Assembly: GCA_030650415.1 (NCBI GenBank)
Contig: JAUSEG010000011.1
Coordinates: 1,687 to 65,686, forward strand
DNA length: 64,000 nt
Direction of reading: 5' to 3'
From: a bacterium
Lineage (GTDB): Bacteria; Patescibacteriota; Patescibacteriia; Patescibacteriales; GWC2-42-12
Shown piece after piece: positions 1 to 8,842 of this stretch. The notes beneath the pieces were generated by a model. The model did no database searches. It was given only the letters and a program-made list of their open reading frames with translations, and was not told the origin of the DNA. Each line of letters opens with the position of its first letter. Within the stretch, counting starts at the first letter, position 1. The position numbers and the translations under genes are program-made.

Positions 1-420
1 ATTAAATTTTAAAAATTCGTCTTTATCGATTAATTTTATCCAGCCAAACCGCCTAATATCGTTAAAAAAAAGCCTACTGCCATCATTAAATTTAAAAATA
101 ACCCGGCTGAATTTATTGGGTAATCCCCCGCTTTTATTTAAAATCGGGTGGCCGCCGGCCAGCCAGCCGGTTTTTGTTTTAAGAACCAGCTGACCGGTCA
201 TTTTTAAATGAATTATCAAATAATAACCGCCAAAATCAAAAACAATCATTTTCGCCCGGCGCCGAACGGCAATTACTTTTTTTCCCAGGAGATTTTTGAG
301 CTCTTTCCGAGATAGCTGAAAAACTTTTTTGTCCCTGGAATCAATGGCGACAAGTTTTTTATTTTTTAGTTTCTTGTCCAAATCGCGAACGATAGTTTCC
401 ACTTCCGGAAGTTCTGGCAT
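1..420 (-). CDS. mutM: Formamidopyrimidine-DNA glycosylase, 5' part (runs off the window)
   Basis: Hand translation from ATG at 420 gives MPELPEVETIVRDL...RRRAKM...HLKMTGQL, the Fpg N-terminal and HLxMTG motifs. Absent from the ORF track because there is no stop in the window. Confidence 0.95.
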   Translation of the reverse strand, partial: MPELPEVETIVRDLDKKLKNKKLVAIDSRDKKVFQLSRKELKNLLGKKVIAVRRRAKMIVFDFGGYYLIIHLKMTGQLVLKTKTGWLAGGHPILNKSGGLPNKFSRVIFKFNDGSRLFFNDIRRFGWIKLIDKDEFLKFN

Positions 421-430
421 ACACTTAAAA

Positions 431-568
431 AATTTCTAATTTCTAATTTTCAATTTTTAAACAATGACTAAATGTCTTAATTTTCAATTATTTCTTAAAA
501 AATTCAACTTAATTGAAAATTAATTCATTAAAAATTGTTTGAAAATTGGTAATTGAAAATTGAAAATT
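431..568. repeat. AT-rich hairpin element built of 7-mer repeats (AATTTTC...GAAAATT type)
   Basis: Left arm AATTTCT-AATTTCT-AATTTTC-AATTTTT-AAACAATG is an imperfect reverse complement of right arm ATTGTTT-GAAAATT-GGTAATT-GAAAATT-GAAAATT. Related copies at 29901, 43991 and inside secA. Confidence 0.85.
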
Positions 569-569
569 G

Positions 570-1142
570 TTACATAACTATTATCTCCCCCACGTTATTG
601 CCTTTATCTATACCCGCGGCATTAGCTTCATCAGTGTCGATATGCATAGCCAACTTGAAAGTTGAGTCTACTCTAACCAGAACATTCTCGAACAATAAAT
701 CACGCGGTCCGCCGACATCAACCTTAACCCGATCGCCGTTTTCTACTCCCAGAGCATCGGCCGTTTCAGGATCAACATGAATATGCCTTAAAGCCAAAAT
801 CACGCCTCGTTTTAAAACTACCTCGCCGACCGGGCCAGAAACAATTATGCCCGGCGTTAAGTCCAAGTTTCCCGAATCTCTAACCGGCGGCTCTAAGCCA
901 AGCCTTTTAGCGTCGGTTTCCGAAACTTCCACCTGCGTTTCTTTGCGATATGGGCCGAGAATCCTAACCTTATCTATTTCGCCCGATGGACCGACCAATT
1001 TAACCTTTTCCTTGGCCGCAAATTGTCCGGTCTGGGATAAATCTTTAAATTTAGATAAAATAAAACCGGCGCCGAATAATTTTTCCGCGTCCGGTTTAGA
1101 TAAATGAATATGTCTGCCTGAGACTTCGATTTTTACTTGCAT
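570..1142 (-). CDS. pduL: PduL-family phosphate acyltransferase
   Basis: VSGRHIHLS, GQFA, RHIH and MHIDTDEANAA motifs. Confidence 0.9.
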   Translation of the reverse strand: MQVKIEVSGRHIHLSKPDAEKLFGAGFILSKFKDLSQTGQFAAKEKVKLVGPSGEIDKVRILGPYRKETQVEVSETDAKRLGLEPPVRDSGNLDLTPGIIVSGPVGEVVLKRGVILALRHIHVDPETADALGVENGDRVKVDVGGPRDLLFENVLVRVDSTFKLAMHIDTDEANAAGIDKGNNVGEIIVM

Positions 1143-1154
1143 AATAAAAATTAA

Positions 1155-2135
1155 TTATATATCCTTTTTTCTCAACAAGCCGTTTTGCGCGCCCTGTTGG
1201 CTGATTTCCGCGGCTGAATTTCTGGCCGCGAGATTAAGCGAGAGTTTTATATCTTTATTATAAAGCTCCCAGCCGGCGATAAAGGACGAACCGAAGGCGT
1301 CGCCTACTCCGGTTGTGTCAACGCGCTGGCGCTCTTTTATTATCGGCTGATGATAAGTTTTACCGGCGACCATGGCGTCGGCGCCGTGGCGGCCGTTGGT
1401 GACTACGACAATTTCCGGTCCATATGAGGTCAGAGCGGATAATAAATTTTTTTCGTTATTTAAAAAGGCCGCGCCCTGATTTTCATATTTTTTATCCGAC
1501 ATAATAAGCTCAATGGCTTCGTCCTTATTAACAATCAAACAGTTCGTACGCTTAAAATATTTTCCCAAAACTTTCACTCCGGCTAAAACCTGCCTATGGC
1601 CGGGGTTCCAGGCGATTTTCACGCCTTTAACCGAAAATATCTTTCCTAAATTTCCCAGCCAAACTCCGGATAATGAAGTTAAATACAGCCATTTTGCTTC
1701 TTCCATTATTCTTAATTCATGATTCATAATTCTTAATTCATTGTTGGCCGCCCGGTTAGAAAAGCAGATATGCTCATTCCCCGACCCGACCAAGAGGAAG
1801 GAAAAACCGGTCTCGGCTTTTTTGGTCTTTTGGATTAGAGACACGTCCACGCCTTGATTTTTAAAATTGTTTAAAATTATCCGACCGCGCTCATCGTCGC
1901 CGATGGAAGCCAGGCAAGCCGCTTTAAAACCGAGGCGGGAAAAACAAACCGCGGCGTTAGCCGCGCCGCCGCCAAAGCCGGAAAAAGACTTATCAACCTT
2001 TATTTTCGCGCCAAACTCAAAAGCCAGTAGCTTCTGCTTGGTTAAATTCTTTTTATTATTAATTAAAACTCCCTCCTTAGTATGAAAAGTAATATCTTCG
2101 GTCGCGCCGCCAATGGTAATCATGTCGTATTTCAT
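1155..2135 (-). CDS. PfkB-family carbohydrate kinase
   Basis: GGGAANAA and DTTGVGDAFGSSF PfkB signatures; carries a repeat-derived NELRIMNHELRIM segment. Confidence 0.9.
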   Translation of the reverse strand: MKYDMITIGGATEDITFHTKEGVLINNKKNLTKQKLLAFEFGAKIKVDKSFSGFGGGAANAAVCFSRLGFKAACLASIGDDERGRIILNNFKNQGVDVSLIQKTKKAETGFSFLLVGSGNEHICFSNRAANNELRIMNHELRIMEEAKWLYLTSLSGVWLGNLGKIFSVKGVKIAWNPGHRQVLAGVKVLGKYFKRTNCLIVNKDEAIELIMSDKKYENQGAAFLNNEKNLLSALTSYGPEIVVVTNGRHGADAMVAGKTYHQPIIKERQRVDTTGVGDAFGSSFIAGWELYNKDIKLSLNLAARNSAAEISQQGAQNGLLRKKDI

Positions 2136-2143
2136 ATTAACAT

Positions 2144-2230
2144 TGTCATGCTGGAGGGAACATCAGCGACCGATAGCATCTCAAGATTCTATCGCTCCTC
2201 CGCCAGCTGGCGGATCCGCTCCAGAATGAC
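2144..2230. repeat. TGTCAT-ended palindromic element, type C, with a 16-bp micro-palindrome (2199-2214)
   Basis: TGTCATGCTGGAGGG...GATAGCATCTC / AGATTCTATCG...CTCCAGAATGAC. TCCGCCAGCTGGCGGA replaces the loop seen in the other copies. Confidence 0.9.
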
Positions 2231-2247
2231 TATAATTATTGATTATC

Positions 2248-3117
2248 TTACTTTTTTAATAACTCTTTAATAAATCGTTTCATTTCCGGTCCGATGTCTT
2301 TACGGTCAAAAGCGTATTTAAGCATGGTCTTCATGTAATTTAACGGATCGCCGGTCGTTAACCATTCGCCGTCCTGCACTTCTTTGGCATAGAATTTTCC
2401 GCCGTTTCTAACATAAGTTTTTAACGCATCCACTAAATAAAGCTCATTATCCTTGCCTAGGGCGGTCTGCTTTAAAATATCGATAATCTCCTGATCTAAA
2501 ATCATCCGGCCGAAATCCGCTAATCTCGACGGCGCTTCTTCGGCGCTGGGCTTTTCAATGATATCTTCAATTTGCATGGTGCCTTTTTTAACTTTAACGA
2601 TGCCATAGCGATGAACCTGATCTAGCGGCACTTCTTGCACCCCGATCATTAAATGGCCGGTTTTATTATAATCATCCACCATTTGTTTCGCGAAAGGAAT
2701 TTTTGATTTAACCAAGTCGTCGCCCCAAACAAACATAAACGGCTCGTCTCTGACGATGCTGGAAGCCGACAAAACGGGCGTGCCGTTGCCATACGGCCCT
2801 TTTTGCCTGACATAAATAAAATTTGCCAGATTGGATATGCCTTTAATTTCTTCCAATAATTCTTCTTTGCCAGCTTTTTTTAGTTCATTAACTAAAGCCC
2901 AATTCTGATCAAAATGATCCTCCAGTGGCTTTTTATCCCACTTAGTCACTAAAATTATATCTTCTATGCCGGCCGCCACCAATTCCTCAACCACCAGTTG
3001 AATAATCGGTTTATCAACGATCGGCAACATCTCTTTAGGCATTGCCTTGGTAGCGGGTAATAAACGCGTGCCCGATCCGGCTACGGCCACTACCGCTTTT
3101 CTTATTTTTTTTATCAT
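2248..3117 (-). CDS. galU: UTP--glucose-1-phosphate uridylyltransferase
   Basis: AGSGTRLLPATKAMPKEMLPIVDKP and IIEKP motifs. Confidence 0.9.
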   Translation of the reverse strand: MIKKIRKAVVAVAGSGTRLLPATKAMPKEMLPIVDKPIIQLVVEELVAAGIEDIILVTKWDKKPLEDHFDQNWALVNELKKAGKEELLEEIKGISNLANFIYVRQKGPYGNGTPVLSASSIVRDEPFMFVWGDDLVKSKIPFAKQMVDDYNKTGHLMIGVQEVPLDQVHRYGIVKVKKGTMQIEDIIEKPSAEEAPSRLADFGRMILDQEIIDILKQTALGKDNELYLVDALKTYVRNGGKFYAKEVQDGEWLTTGDPLNYMKTMLKYAFDRKDIGPEMKRFIKELLKK

Positions 3118-3175
3118 AGGTTTCTAAAAATTGTTATTTTATATATATTATCGCCTAACGGTCTCGACTACTCTT

Positions 3176-3204
3176 ATTATAATCCTTGTTTAAAAATCTG
3201 TCTA
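3176..3204 (-). promoter_or_regulatory. sigma70-type promoter for galU
   Basis: TAGACA-17 nt-TATAAT on the minus strand. Confidence 0.55.
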
Positions 3205-3444
3205 AATATTTTGGCTAGGCCAATTTTCCTAAAAAAGTCAAATTTCTATTTTTAGATAACATTTTTAACAAGAACTCTTTTAATAACCTGGGTTTTGGAC
3301 TATAATTAGATTAGTGAAATTATCTAATAAAAATATTATCATAATTTCGCATAACAAACAAATAAAGACTGATTCTACACGATTAGGTCGAAATTTTAAA
3401 AAACAAACTTTTTCATTTTTAATTGAGTCCTTTTAGAATTAATA

Positions 3445-3478
3445 AAAAAGCCGCCTCAGCTTTTAGAGCGTTGGCGGC
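3445..3478 (-). terminator. Likely intrinsic terminator of the cassette gene
   Basis: GCCGCC...GGCGGC stem followed by T6 on the minus strand, just after the stop at 3499. Confidence 0.55.
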
Positions 3479-3498
3479 GATGGGTGTCAGATTGCTAT

Positions 3499-3951
3499 CT
3501 AAACACCGATTATTTTGACCTTGGGACATTCTTGAAAAACGGCTTTCTTTTTTTCGATTCGCGCCTTCATTGTGAAGACGTATATCTCATCAAACCCAAG
3601 GTCGTAGGCCTTGACGAGATCGTCGCCGTTGATCGGACACAAAGCTGAGCCGGCGTAGAGAATTGGCGGAACAACGGTTACGCCCTTACCAACGAACTTG
3701 TCTTGGAGTCTTCTTTCTTCATGCTCCAGAACGTCGCACATAATTATCCGTTCTTCCCATGTCTTTGTCACCCTGCGACCGAGTTCGTCGTATTCTACGG
3801 CATACCCAGCTTTTTCCAACGCGGCGCTAATTTTTGTTCCGCCTCCGCAGATGACTACGACGTAATTGCTTTGCGCTTTTTCAACAACGAAATCAAAGAA
3901 CTGCTGGCTGTCGGTGATATCACCTGAGCCTTTAACTAGAATGTTTTTCAT
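3499..3951 (-). CDS. Small amino-acid-kinase-fold-like protein, function unknown
   Basis: ILVKGSG, VVVICGGG and PINGDD echo the KxGG, VHGGG and NINAD motifs of acetylglutamate kinase. GGAGG precedes the ATG at 3951. Confidence 0.55.
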   Translation of the reverse strand: MKNILVKGSGDITDSQQFFDFVVEKAQSNYVVVICGGGTKISAALEKAGYAVEYDELGRRVTKTWEERIIMCDVLEHEERRLQDKFVGKGVTVVPPILYAGSALCPINGDDLVKAYDLGFDEIYVFTMKARIEKKKAVFQECPKVKIIGV

Positions 3952-4002
3952 TTTACACCCTCCACTTTTTGGATTTGCCAACCGTTATTAGCTGGACATA
4001 TT

Positions 4003-4031
4003 ATTAAAGCATATCTTGCTGATTTTGTCCA
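4003..4031 (-). promoter_or_regulatory. Promoter inside the cassette
   Basis: TGGACA-17 nt-TTTAAT with a TG extension. Confidence 0.45.
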
Positions 4032-4213
4032 TAGTAATACAAAAAATTCTAAAAGGACTCAAATAATAAGGTAAGTTTGTTTTTTAAAACTCAGGGGGTC
4101 GCTGCGCTTTCTTTTGCCCCCTTATCTGATATAATTACATTAAGGAAGGTCAAAAGAACCCTCGCCTAACACCGAATAAACGGAAAAGTCCTCAGCTCAG
4201 ACTTTTCGCAAAT

Positions 4214-4243
4214 TTGACTTATTTTTTATTAATATGTTATCAT
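4214..4243 (+). promoter_or_regulatory. Promoter for hicBA
   Basis: TTGACT-18 nt-TATCAT with a TG extension. Confidence 0.5.
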
Positions 4244-4269
4244 AAAAACATACGAAATAAGTAAAAAAT

Positions 4270-4488
4270 ATGCGCAAAATAGACCTAAAATCAGTTGTTT
4301 GGAAAGAGGGAAAATATTATGTTTCTCAATGTTTAGAAGTTGAAGTCTCAAGTTTTGGTAAAACCAAAAAAGAAGCCTTGGCTATGTTGCAGGAAGCATT
4401 AGAATTATATTTTGAAGATATTCCGTTACCGAAAAAAGCTGAAGTAAAAAATCCGATTATTGCTTCGGTAAAGCTTCAATATGCCTAA
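4270..4488 (+). CDS. hicB: HicB-family antitoxin (short form)
   Basis: YVSQCLEVEVSSFGKTKKEALAMLQEALELYFE matches the HicB pattern; overlaps a hicA-like gene. Confidence 0.85.
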   Translation: MRKIDLKSVVWKEGKYYVSQCLEVEVSSFGKTKKEALAMLQEALELYFEDIPLPKKAEVKNPIIASVKLQYA

Positions 4489-4729
4489 ACCCTACCCACT
4501 GCGCATCGTCCTAAAAGTCCTTCTTAATAAGGGCTTCTTTTTTGTTTCGCAAAACGGCTCGCACGCCAAGTACCGTTGCCACCACGATCAAGAATTAACT
4601 GTAATCGTTCCGCTGCATGGCAAAGAGATTCGTTATGGCACTTTCAGGTCTATCTTACGCCAAGCTAAACTAACTGAAGAAAATTTTAAAAATAAAATAA
4701 GTCAAACTTCCAATATTCGGATACGTTAA
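4481..4729 (+). CDS. hicA: HicA-family mRNA interferase toxin
   Basis: GF...SQNGSHAKY, VIVPLHGKEIRYGTFRSILRQA. Confidence 0.85.
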   Translation: MPKPYPLRIVLKVLLNKGFFFVSQNGSHAKYRCHHDQELTVIVPLHGKEIRYGTFRSILRQAKLTEENFKNKISQTSNIRIR

Positions 4730-4738
4730 ACATAAATT

Positions 4739-5353
4739 ATGACTGGTAATAACACCTGGACGGCAAAACTTAAGAGAACGTTAACTTCAGTTTTGCCAAT
4801 CGCAAAAAATCGGACCGGCCAATGCCTTAATTGCGGCGCCTGCTGCAGACTGCCCAATGTCTGTTATTTCCTAAAATATAAATCCGACGGCAGTTCTTAT
4901 TGCTCAATCCATTCGCTTAGGCCGCTGAATTGCAGAAAATACCCCCGAACCGAAGCTGAACATATTACTAAAGAGACTTGCGGATTTAAATTTAAATATA
5001 ATAAAATATTAAAAAATAATTTTAATAACATGATAACTTACGAAGACTTCAAAAAACTGGAAATCAAAATCGGTAAAATAAAATCCGCGGCCAAAGCCGA
5101 AGGCGCGGATAAACTTTTAAAACTAATTTTTGATATCGGTGGCGAAGAACGGCAAATTATGTCCGCAATTGCCGAATACTATCCTGACCCGAGCGTCTTA
5201 GTCGGAAAAATGATACCGATCTTAACTAACCTTGAGCCCCGCACATTTAGAGGGCACCTTAGCCAGGGCATGATTATTGCCGCCGACCTCGACGGTTATC
5301 CGATACTCTTGCATCCGGAAAAAGAAATACCGGCCGGAAGCATGATTATATAA
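4739..5353 (+). CDS. YkgJ-like Cys-cluster domain in frame with a tRNA-binding OB domain (CsaA/Trbp111/MetRS C-terminal type); may be two genes, second ATG at 5030
   Basis: CLNCGACC...C...CSIH..RPLNCRKYP, then MITYEDFKKLEIKIGKI...ADKLLKL...RQI...NLEPR...SQGM. Confidence 0.7.
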   Translation: MTGNNTWTAKLKRTLTSVLPIAKNRTGQCLNCGACCRLPNVCYFLKYKSDGSSYCSIHSLRPLNCRKYPRTEAEHITKETCGFKFKYNKILKNNFNNMITYEDFKKLEIKIGKIKSAAKAEGADKLLKLIFDIGGEERQIMSAIAEYYPDPSVLVGKMIPILTNLEPRTFRGHLSQGMIIAADLDGYPILLHPEKEIPAGSMII

Positions 5354-5399
5354 AATTTATTTAATAAAATACAAAAAATCTTGTTTTTTATAAACTGTT

Positions 5400-5915
5400 T
5401 TACTTTATGCACTTCAATTCAAAATAAATTTCGTCGTAAATATTAAATAGAAAAAAATTAAAAAATTTTTTAAACGGCAGCAAATTTCTTAATTTATGCC
5501 GTCGGTCGCCAAAATCTTTCGCCAACAATTTAACTTTTAAAACTTTAAACTTAGCTTTAGTATAAAAATGATATTCATGATCAGGACTAAAATACTGAAA
5601 ACTGTTTTCCGTAAAAAAATGCTTATGCGTCGGGTCGGAAAAAGCGCCGCTTGATTTGTAATATGGCAGGCTAATTTTAATAATCGCGCCATTTTTACAA
5701 ATACGACGAAGCTCTTCCATCACCGCGATTACATCGGTCAAGTGCTCCAATATATTATCGGCAATAACTTCGTCAACACTGTTATCGTCGAACGGGTAAG
5801 GCATTATATCTAAATCATGGACAATGTCGGCCGCTGCGGTTTTTATGCGGTCCACTCCGATAAAACCGGGATTTTTTTTATCGCCGCATCCTAAATTTAT
5901 TTTTTTTATTAGCAT
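5400..5915 (-). CDS. SAM-dependent methyltransferase-like protein
   Basis: INLGCG, FDDNSVDEV, LEHL, DPTH motifs. Confidence 0.75.
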   Translation of the reverse strand: MLIKKINLGCGDKKNPGFIGVDRIKTAAADIVHDLDIMPYPFDDNSVDEVIADNILEHLTDVIAVMEELRRICKNGAIIKISLPYYKSSGAFSDPTHKHFFTENSFQYFSPDHEYHFYTKAKFKVLKVKLLAKDFGDRRHKLRNLLPFKKFFNFFLFNIYDEIYFELKCIK

Positions 5916-5930
5916 AATTTATAAAATTAT

Positions 5931-6761
5931 TTAAATACCGAATTTATCATTTTTAATCCCCCACTTTAAAAAATACTTAAACCAGCTTTTAAGATGAACG
6001 CGCGCCACCCGGCTTTTTAAAATGGCTAATATCGGAGACTGCTCGCTTGATTCGCGGCGATGCTTATGCTTAACAACTATGTTATGGATATAATAGACTT
6101 GCCAGCCCGACCGCCAGGCGCGCCGACACCAATCACAATCTTCAAAATACATAAAATAACGATCATCGAAAAAGCCGATTTTATCGGTCAATTCTTTTCT
6201 AACGAGCATAAACGAACCCATCAGCCAATCTACCGGAACGGTTCTGTCATGTCCGAAATCGCGCATTAAATATCTGCCAACCTTGTTTTTAAAAAATTTA
6301 AATTTTACTTCAAACCCCAAGCGTCTGGCAAATTGATCTAGGAAGCGCGGATAGCGATAGCAGGATTCCTGAATCGTGCCGTCTAAGTTTAAAAGCTTGG
6401 GCGCGGCTATGCCGACCGCAGGATGGCTGGCCATAAATTCCAGCAACTTTTTAATGGCGCGGCCGCCGGCTAAAAATTCTATGTCCGGATTAAGAGGTAA
6501 ATAAAATTTCGCCGCGGCCCTCTTAAAACCAAGATTTAGGGCTTTGCCAAAACCAAGATTACCGCCCGGATTTATATAAACGACTTGCGGATAATTATTT
6601 TCCAACGCTTCTTTAATGCCGTCGGCGTTACCGGAGTTATCAACCACCTGGACAATAACCTTAATATTCTCATCGGCAATATCGGCAAAAAGCGACGCTA
6701 AACAGCGCAGTATGTCTTCTTTCATTTTCCAATTTACAATCACTATGTTTATATCAGGCAT
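5931..6761 (-). CDS. GT2 glycosyltransferase (WbbL-like rhamnosyltransferase)
   Basis: IVIVNW, NLGFG..N, LNPD, FDDRYFMYFEDCDW. Confidence 0.85.
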   Translation of the reverse strand: MPDINIVIVNWKMKEDILRCLASLFADIADENIKVIVQVVDNSGNADGIKEALENNYPQVVYINPGGNLGFGKALNLGFKRAAAKFYLPLNPDIEFLAGGRAIKKLLEFMASHPAVGIAAPKLLNLDGTIQESCYRYPRFLDQFARRLGFEVKFKFFKNKVGRYLMRDFGHDRTVPVDWLMGSFMLVRKELTDKIGFFDDRYFMYFEDCDWCRRAWRSGWQVYYIHNIVVKHKHRRESSEQSPILAILKSRVARVHLKSWFKYFLKWGIKNDKFGI

Positions 6762-6767
6762 ATTTTT

Positions 6768-6844
6768 ACCCCGCTAGAAAAATTTTTTAGCGACGTTCGA
6801 GATTTACAAATTTATGCCCGTTTAGAAATTTTTTCTAACGGGGT
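6768..6844. repeat. ACCCCG-ended palindromic element, type E
   Basis: ACCCCGCTAGAAAA...TTTTCTAACGGGGT; fills the intergenic gap and abuts the next stop codon. Confidence 0.8.
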
Positions 6845-7918
6845 TTACCAAAAAATTATTTTCTTTATAATTGCCCAGTAAGCGCTAAAAAGCGGATTAG
6901 CAATATACTGTAACGGCGGATTATTGATTTCCTGAAATAAAATTTTGCCGGTGAAAGGTTTAACGATTTCGCGATCCGAGAGTCTCCTTATGGAATTCAA
7001 TTCCTGCCTGAACTTTATGATTTTTTTCCAACTTTCCGCTTTTAAGAAATATCCATAGACTTTCAGCTTAACTTTAAACCAACCGCCGGCCAGCGAATAC
7101 ATCAATACACCTAAATCCATAAGGATCATGGCCGGCAGAATTAAAAGCAAGGTCAGAGGCTTATAGAAAGCTAAAACGGTGATATAGCGATTTCTTTCCA
7201 TGTAAAAAACCATCGTCATACTGCGGCTAAACTCGTATTTATGATAAACGATTGACTTGGGCGCTAAAACAATCTTATAGCCGGCTAATTTAACTTTCCA
7301 ACTCACCTCAATATCATCATGATACATATAGTACTCTTCATTATAGCCACCAATTTTATCCAAGACTTCTTTTTTAATTGCCAGAGAACAGCCGCTGGCA
7401 TAACCGTTAATCTCCGGCCAACCCGCAATCTCTCTGTCCGGCTCATTATAAAAACTAGTCATGCCAAAACCTAAAAAATGTATAATATTGCCTAAGCTAT
7501 TTATTCTGAGTTTCCCCCACTCCGCCTGATTTTTCGGATAGAGCAATATTTTTGACTGAACCAAGCCGACATCGCTTCCGCTCTCTAAGGCTCTAATAAG
7601 TTCCGCGAGCCAGTTGGCGTCGAACCTAGTGTCCATATTAGCGATCACAAAATATTCGCAGCCGTCCTCGGCGCCTTTTTTTATTCCCGCGTTATTGGCG
7701 GCCGAATAATTTCCGTCCGACCGAGGAACAATCACGGCTTCGGGATAGGTTTCACCAATATACTTTCTGGACTCGGGGCTCGAAGCATTATCAACAATAT
7801 AAACGGCGAATAAATCCTTAGGATAATTTTGCGATCTTAAGCTATCCCGGCATTCGACCAAGAATCTATTAACGTAATCTTTATAATTTACTAAGACAAT
7901 GGCGGTTTTTTTACTCAT
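6845..7918 (-). CDS. GT2 glycosyltransferase
   Basis: IVLVNY, VDNAS, NMD, YYMYHDDIE. Confidence 0.85.
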   Translation of the reverse strand: MSKKTAIVLVNYKDYVNRFLVECRDSLRSQNYPKDLFAVYIVDNASSPESRKYIGETYPEAVIVPRSDGNYSAANNAGIKKGAEDGCEYFVIANMDTRFDANWLAELIRALESGSDVGLVQSKILLYPKNQAEWGKLRINSLGNIIHFLGFGMTSFYNEPDREIAGWPEINGYASGCSLAIKKEVLDKIGGYNEEYYMYHDDIEVSWKVKLAGYKIVLAPKSIVYHKYEFSRSMTMVFYMERNRYITVLAFYKPLTLLLILPAMILMDLGVLMYSLAGGWFKVKLKVYGYFLKAESWKKIIKFRQELNSIRRLSDREIVKPFTGKILFQEINNPPLQYIANPLFSAYWAIIKKIIFW

Positions 7919-7949
7919 AAAATATTTTAAGCTTACCGCTATCCAAGCG

Positions 7950-8819
7950 TTAAGTTTTCCTCCGGCTTTTTAAATTTGCAATCTCGCTTAAGCGAGCGAT
8001 AAATATGCCAACCGGCCAAAAAATTTTTAAAATATAGTATTGCCAAATCGGCTGCCATTTTTTAAAATATTTAAGCATGGAGTCGCGAAAATATTCCTGG
8101 GTCTTGTCTCTCTTTACCTGTGAAAAACTTCTACCCACATAATCAACGCATTTTATATCCGCCGCGTACATAATTTCCCAGCCGGCAACCCTTACCCGAC
8201 GGCAGTAATCGACTTCCTCAAACCAAATAAAATATCTTTCATCCAACCAGCCGACTTTTTCCAGAACCTCTCGGCGAATCATAAAAAATGACCCCCTGAT
8301 AGACTCAACCGCTGAATCTTTTTCGTAATCAAAGTCCTTTTGCAAATAACCGTCCAAAACCGAAGGAAAAAGATGCGGCAATTTTAAAACTATGGCCAGC
8401 TGGTTAAGAGCTCCGGGAAAATGCCTGATTTGAGGAACCGTTTCTCCGCTCTCTTTAATTAAATGGCAGCCGCCCACGCCCGCCTGCTTATGCTCGTCCA
8501 GCCATTTAATCATTTTTTCTAAAGTCCCGGGCATGACCCGCATATCCGGATTTAACAGCAAAACATACCTGCCTCGGGACAATTTAATTGCCTGATTGTT
8601 GGCCTTAGAAAAACCGGCGTTATAATTATTGGCGATTAATTTAATCTCATTCCGGGAAGCGAATTCCGTCTTAATCATCTGGGCCGTATCGTCTTTTGAA
8701 TCATTGTCAACCACGAATATTTCGTATTCAATTCCTCGGCTATTGGCGATTATGGCATTTAAATTTTCTCTAACCAAATTTTTGACGTTCCAGGAGACGA
8801 TGACGATGGATAAATCCAT
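7950..8819 (-). CDS. GT2 glycosyltransferase (WbbL-like)
   Basis: MDLSIVIVSWN, NAGFSKANN, LLNPD, DERYFIWFEEVD. Confidence 0.85.
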   Translation of the reverse strand: MDLSIVIVSWNVKNLVRENLNAIIANSRGIEYEIFVVDNDSKDDTAQMIKTEFASRNEIKLIANNYNAGFSKANNQAIKLSRGRYVLLLNPDMRVMPGTLEKMIKWLDEHKQAGVGGCHLIKESGETVPQIRHFPGALNQLAIVLKLPHLFPSVLDGYLQKDFDYEKDSAVESIRGSFFMIRREVLEKVGWLDERYFIWFEEVDYCRRVRVAGWEIMYAADIKCVDYVGRSFSQVKRDKTQEYFRDSMLKYFKKWQPIWQYYILKIFWPVGIFIARLSEIANLKSRRKT

Positions 8820-8842
8820 AAAATAAAAAATTATAAAACGGC

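Larger units (their letters stand above)
3394..4089. mobile_element. Putative gene cassette or invertible segment bounded by bipartite inverted repeats
   Basis: 3394-3440 and 4045-4089 share two exact reverse-complement blocks (17 bp TTTTAAAAAACAAACTT, 18 bp TTGAGTCCTTTTAGAATT) with unrelated 12 and 10 nt spacers. They enclose a promoter, an ORF and a terminator. Confidence 0.6.

Noticed and set aside
3186-3272. Imperfect 22-bp inverted repeat upstream of galU
   Set aside because: AT-rich with gaps, and one arm is explained by the promoter.
3344-3371. dif/pdif site (ATTTCGCATAA resembles a XerC arm)
   Set aside because: No TTATGTTAAAT-like XerD arm 6 nt downstream.
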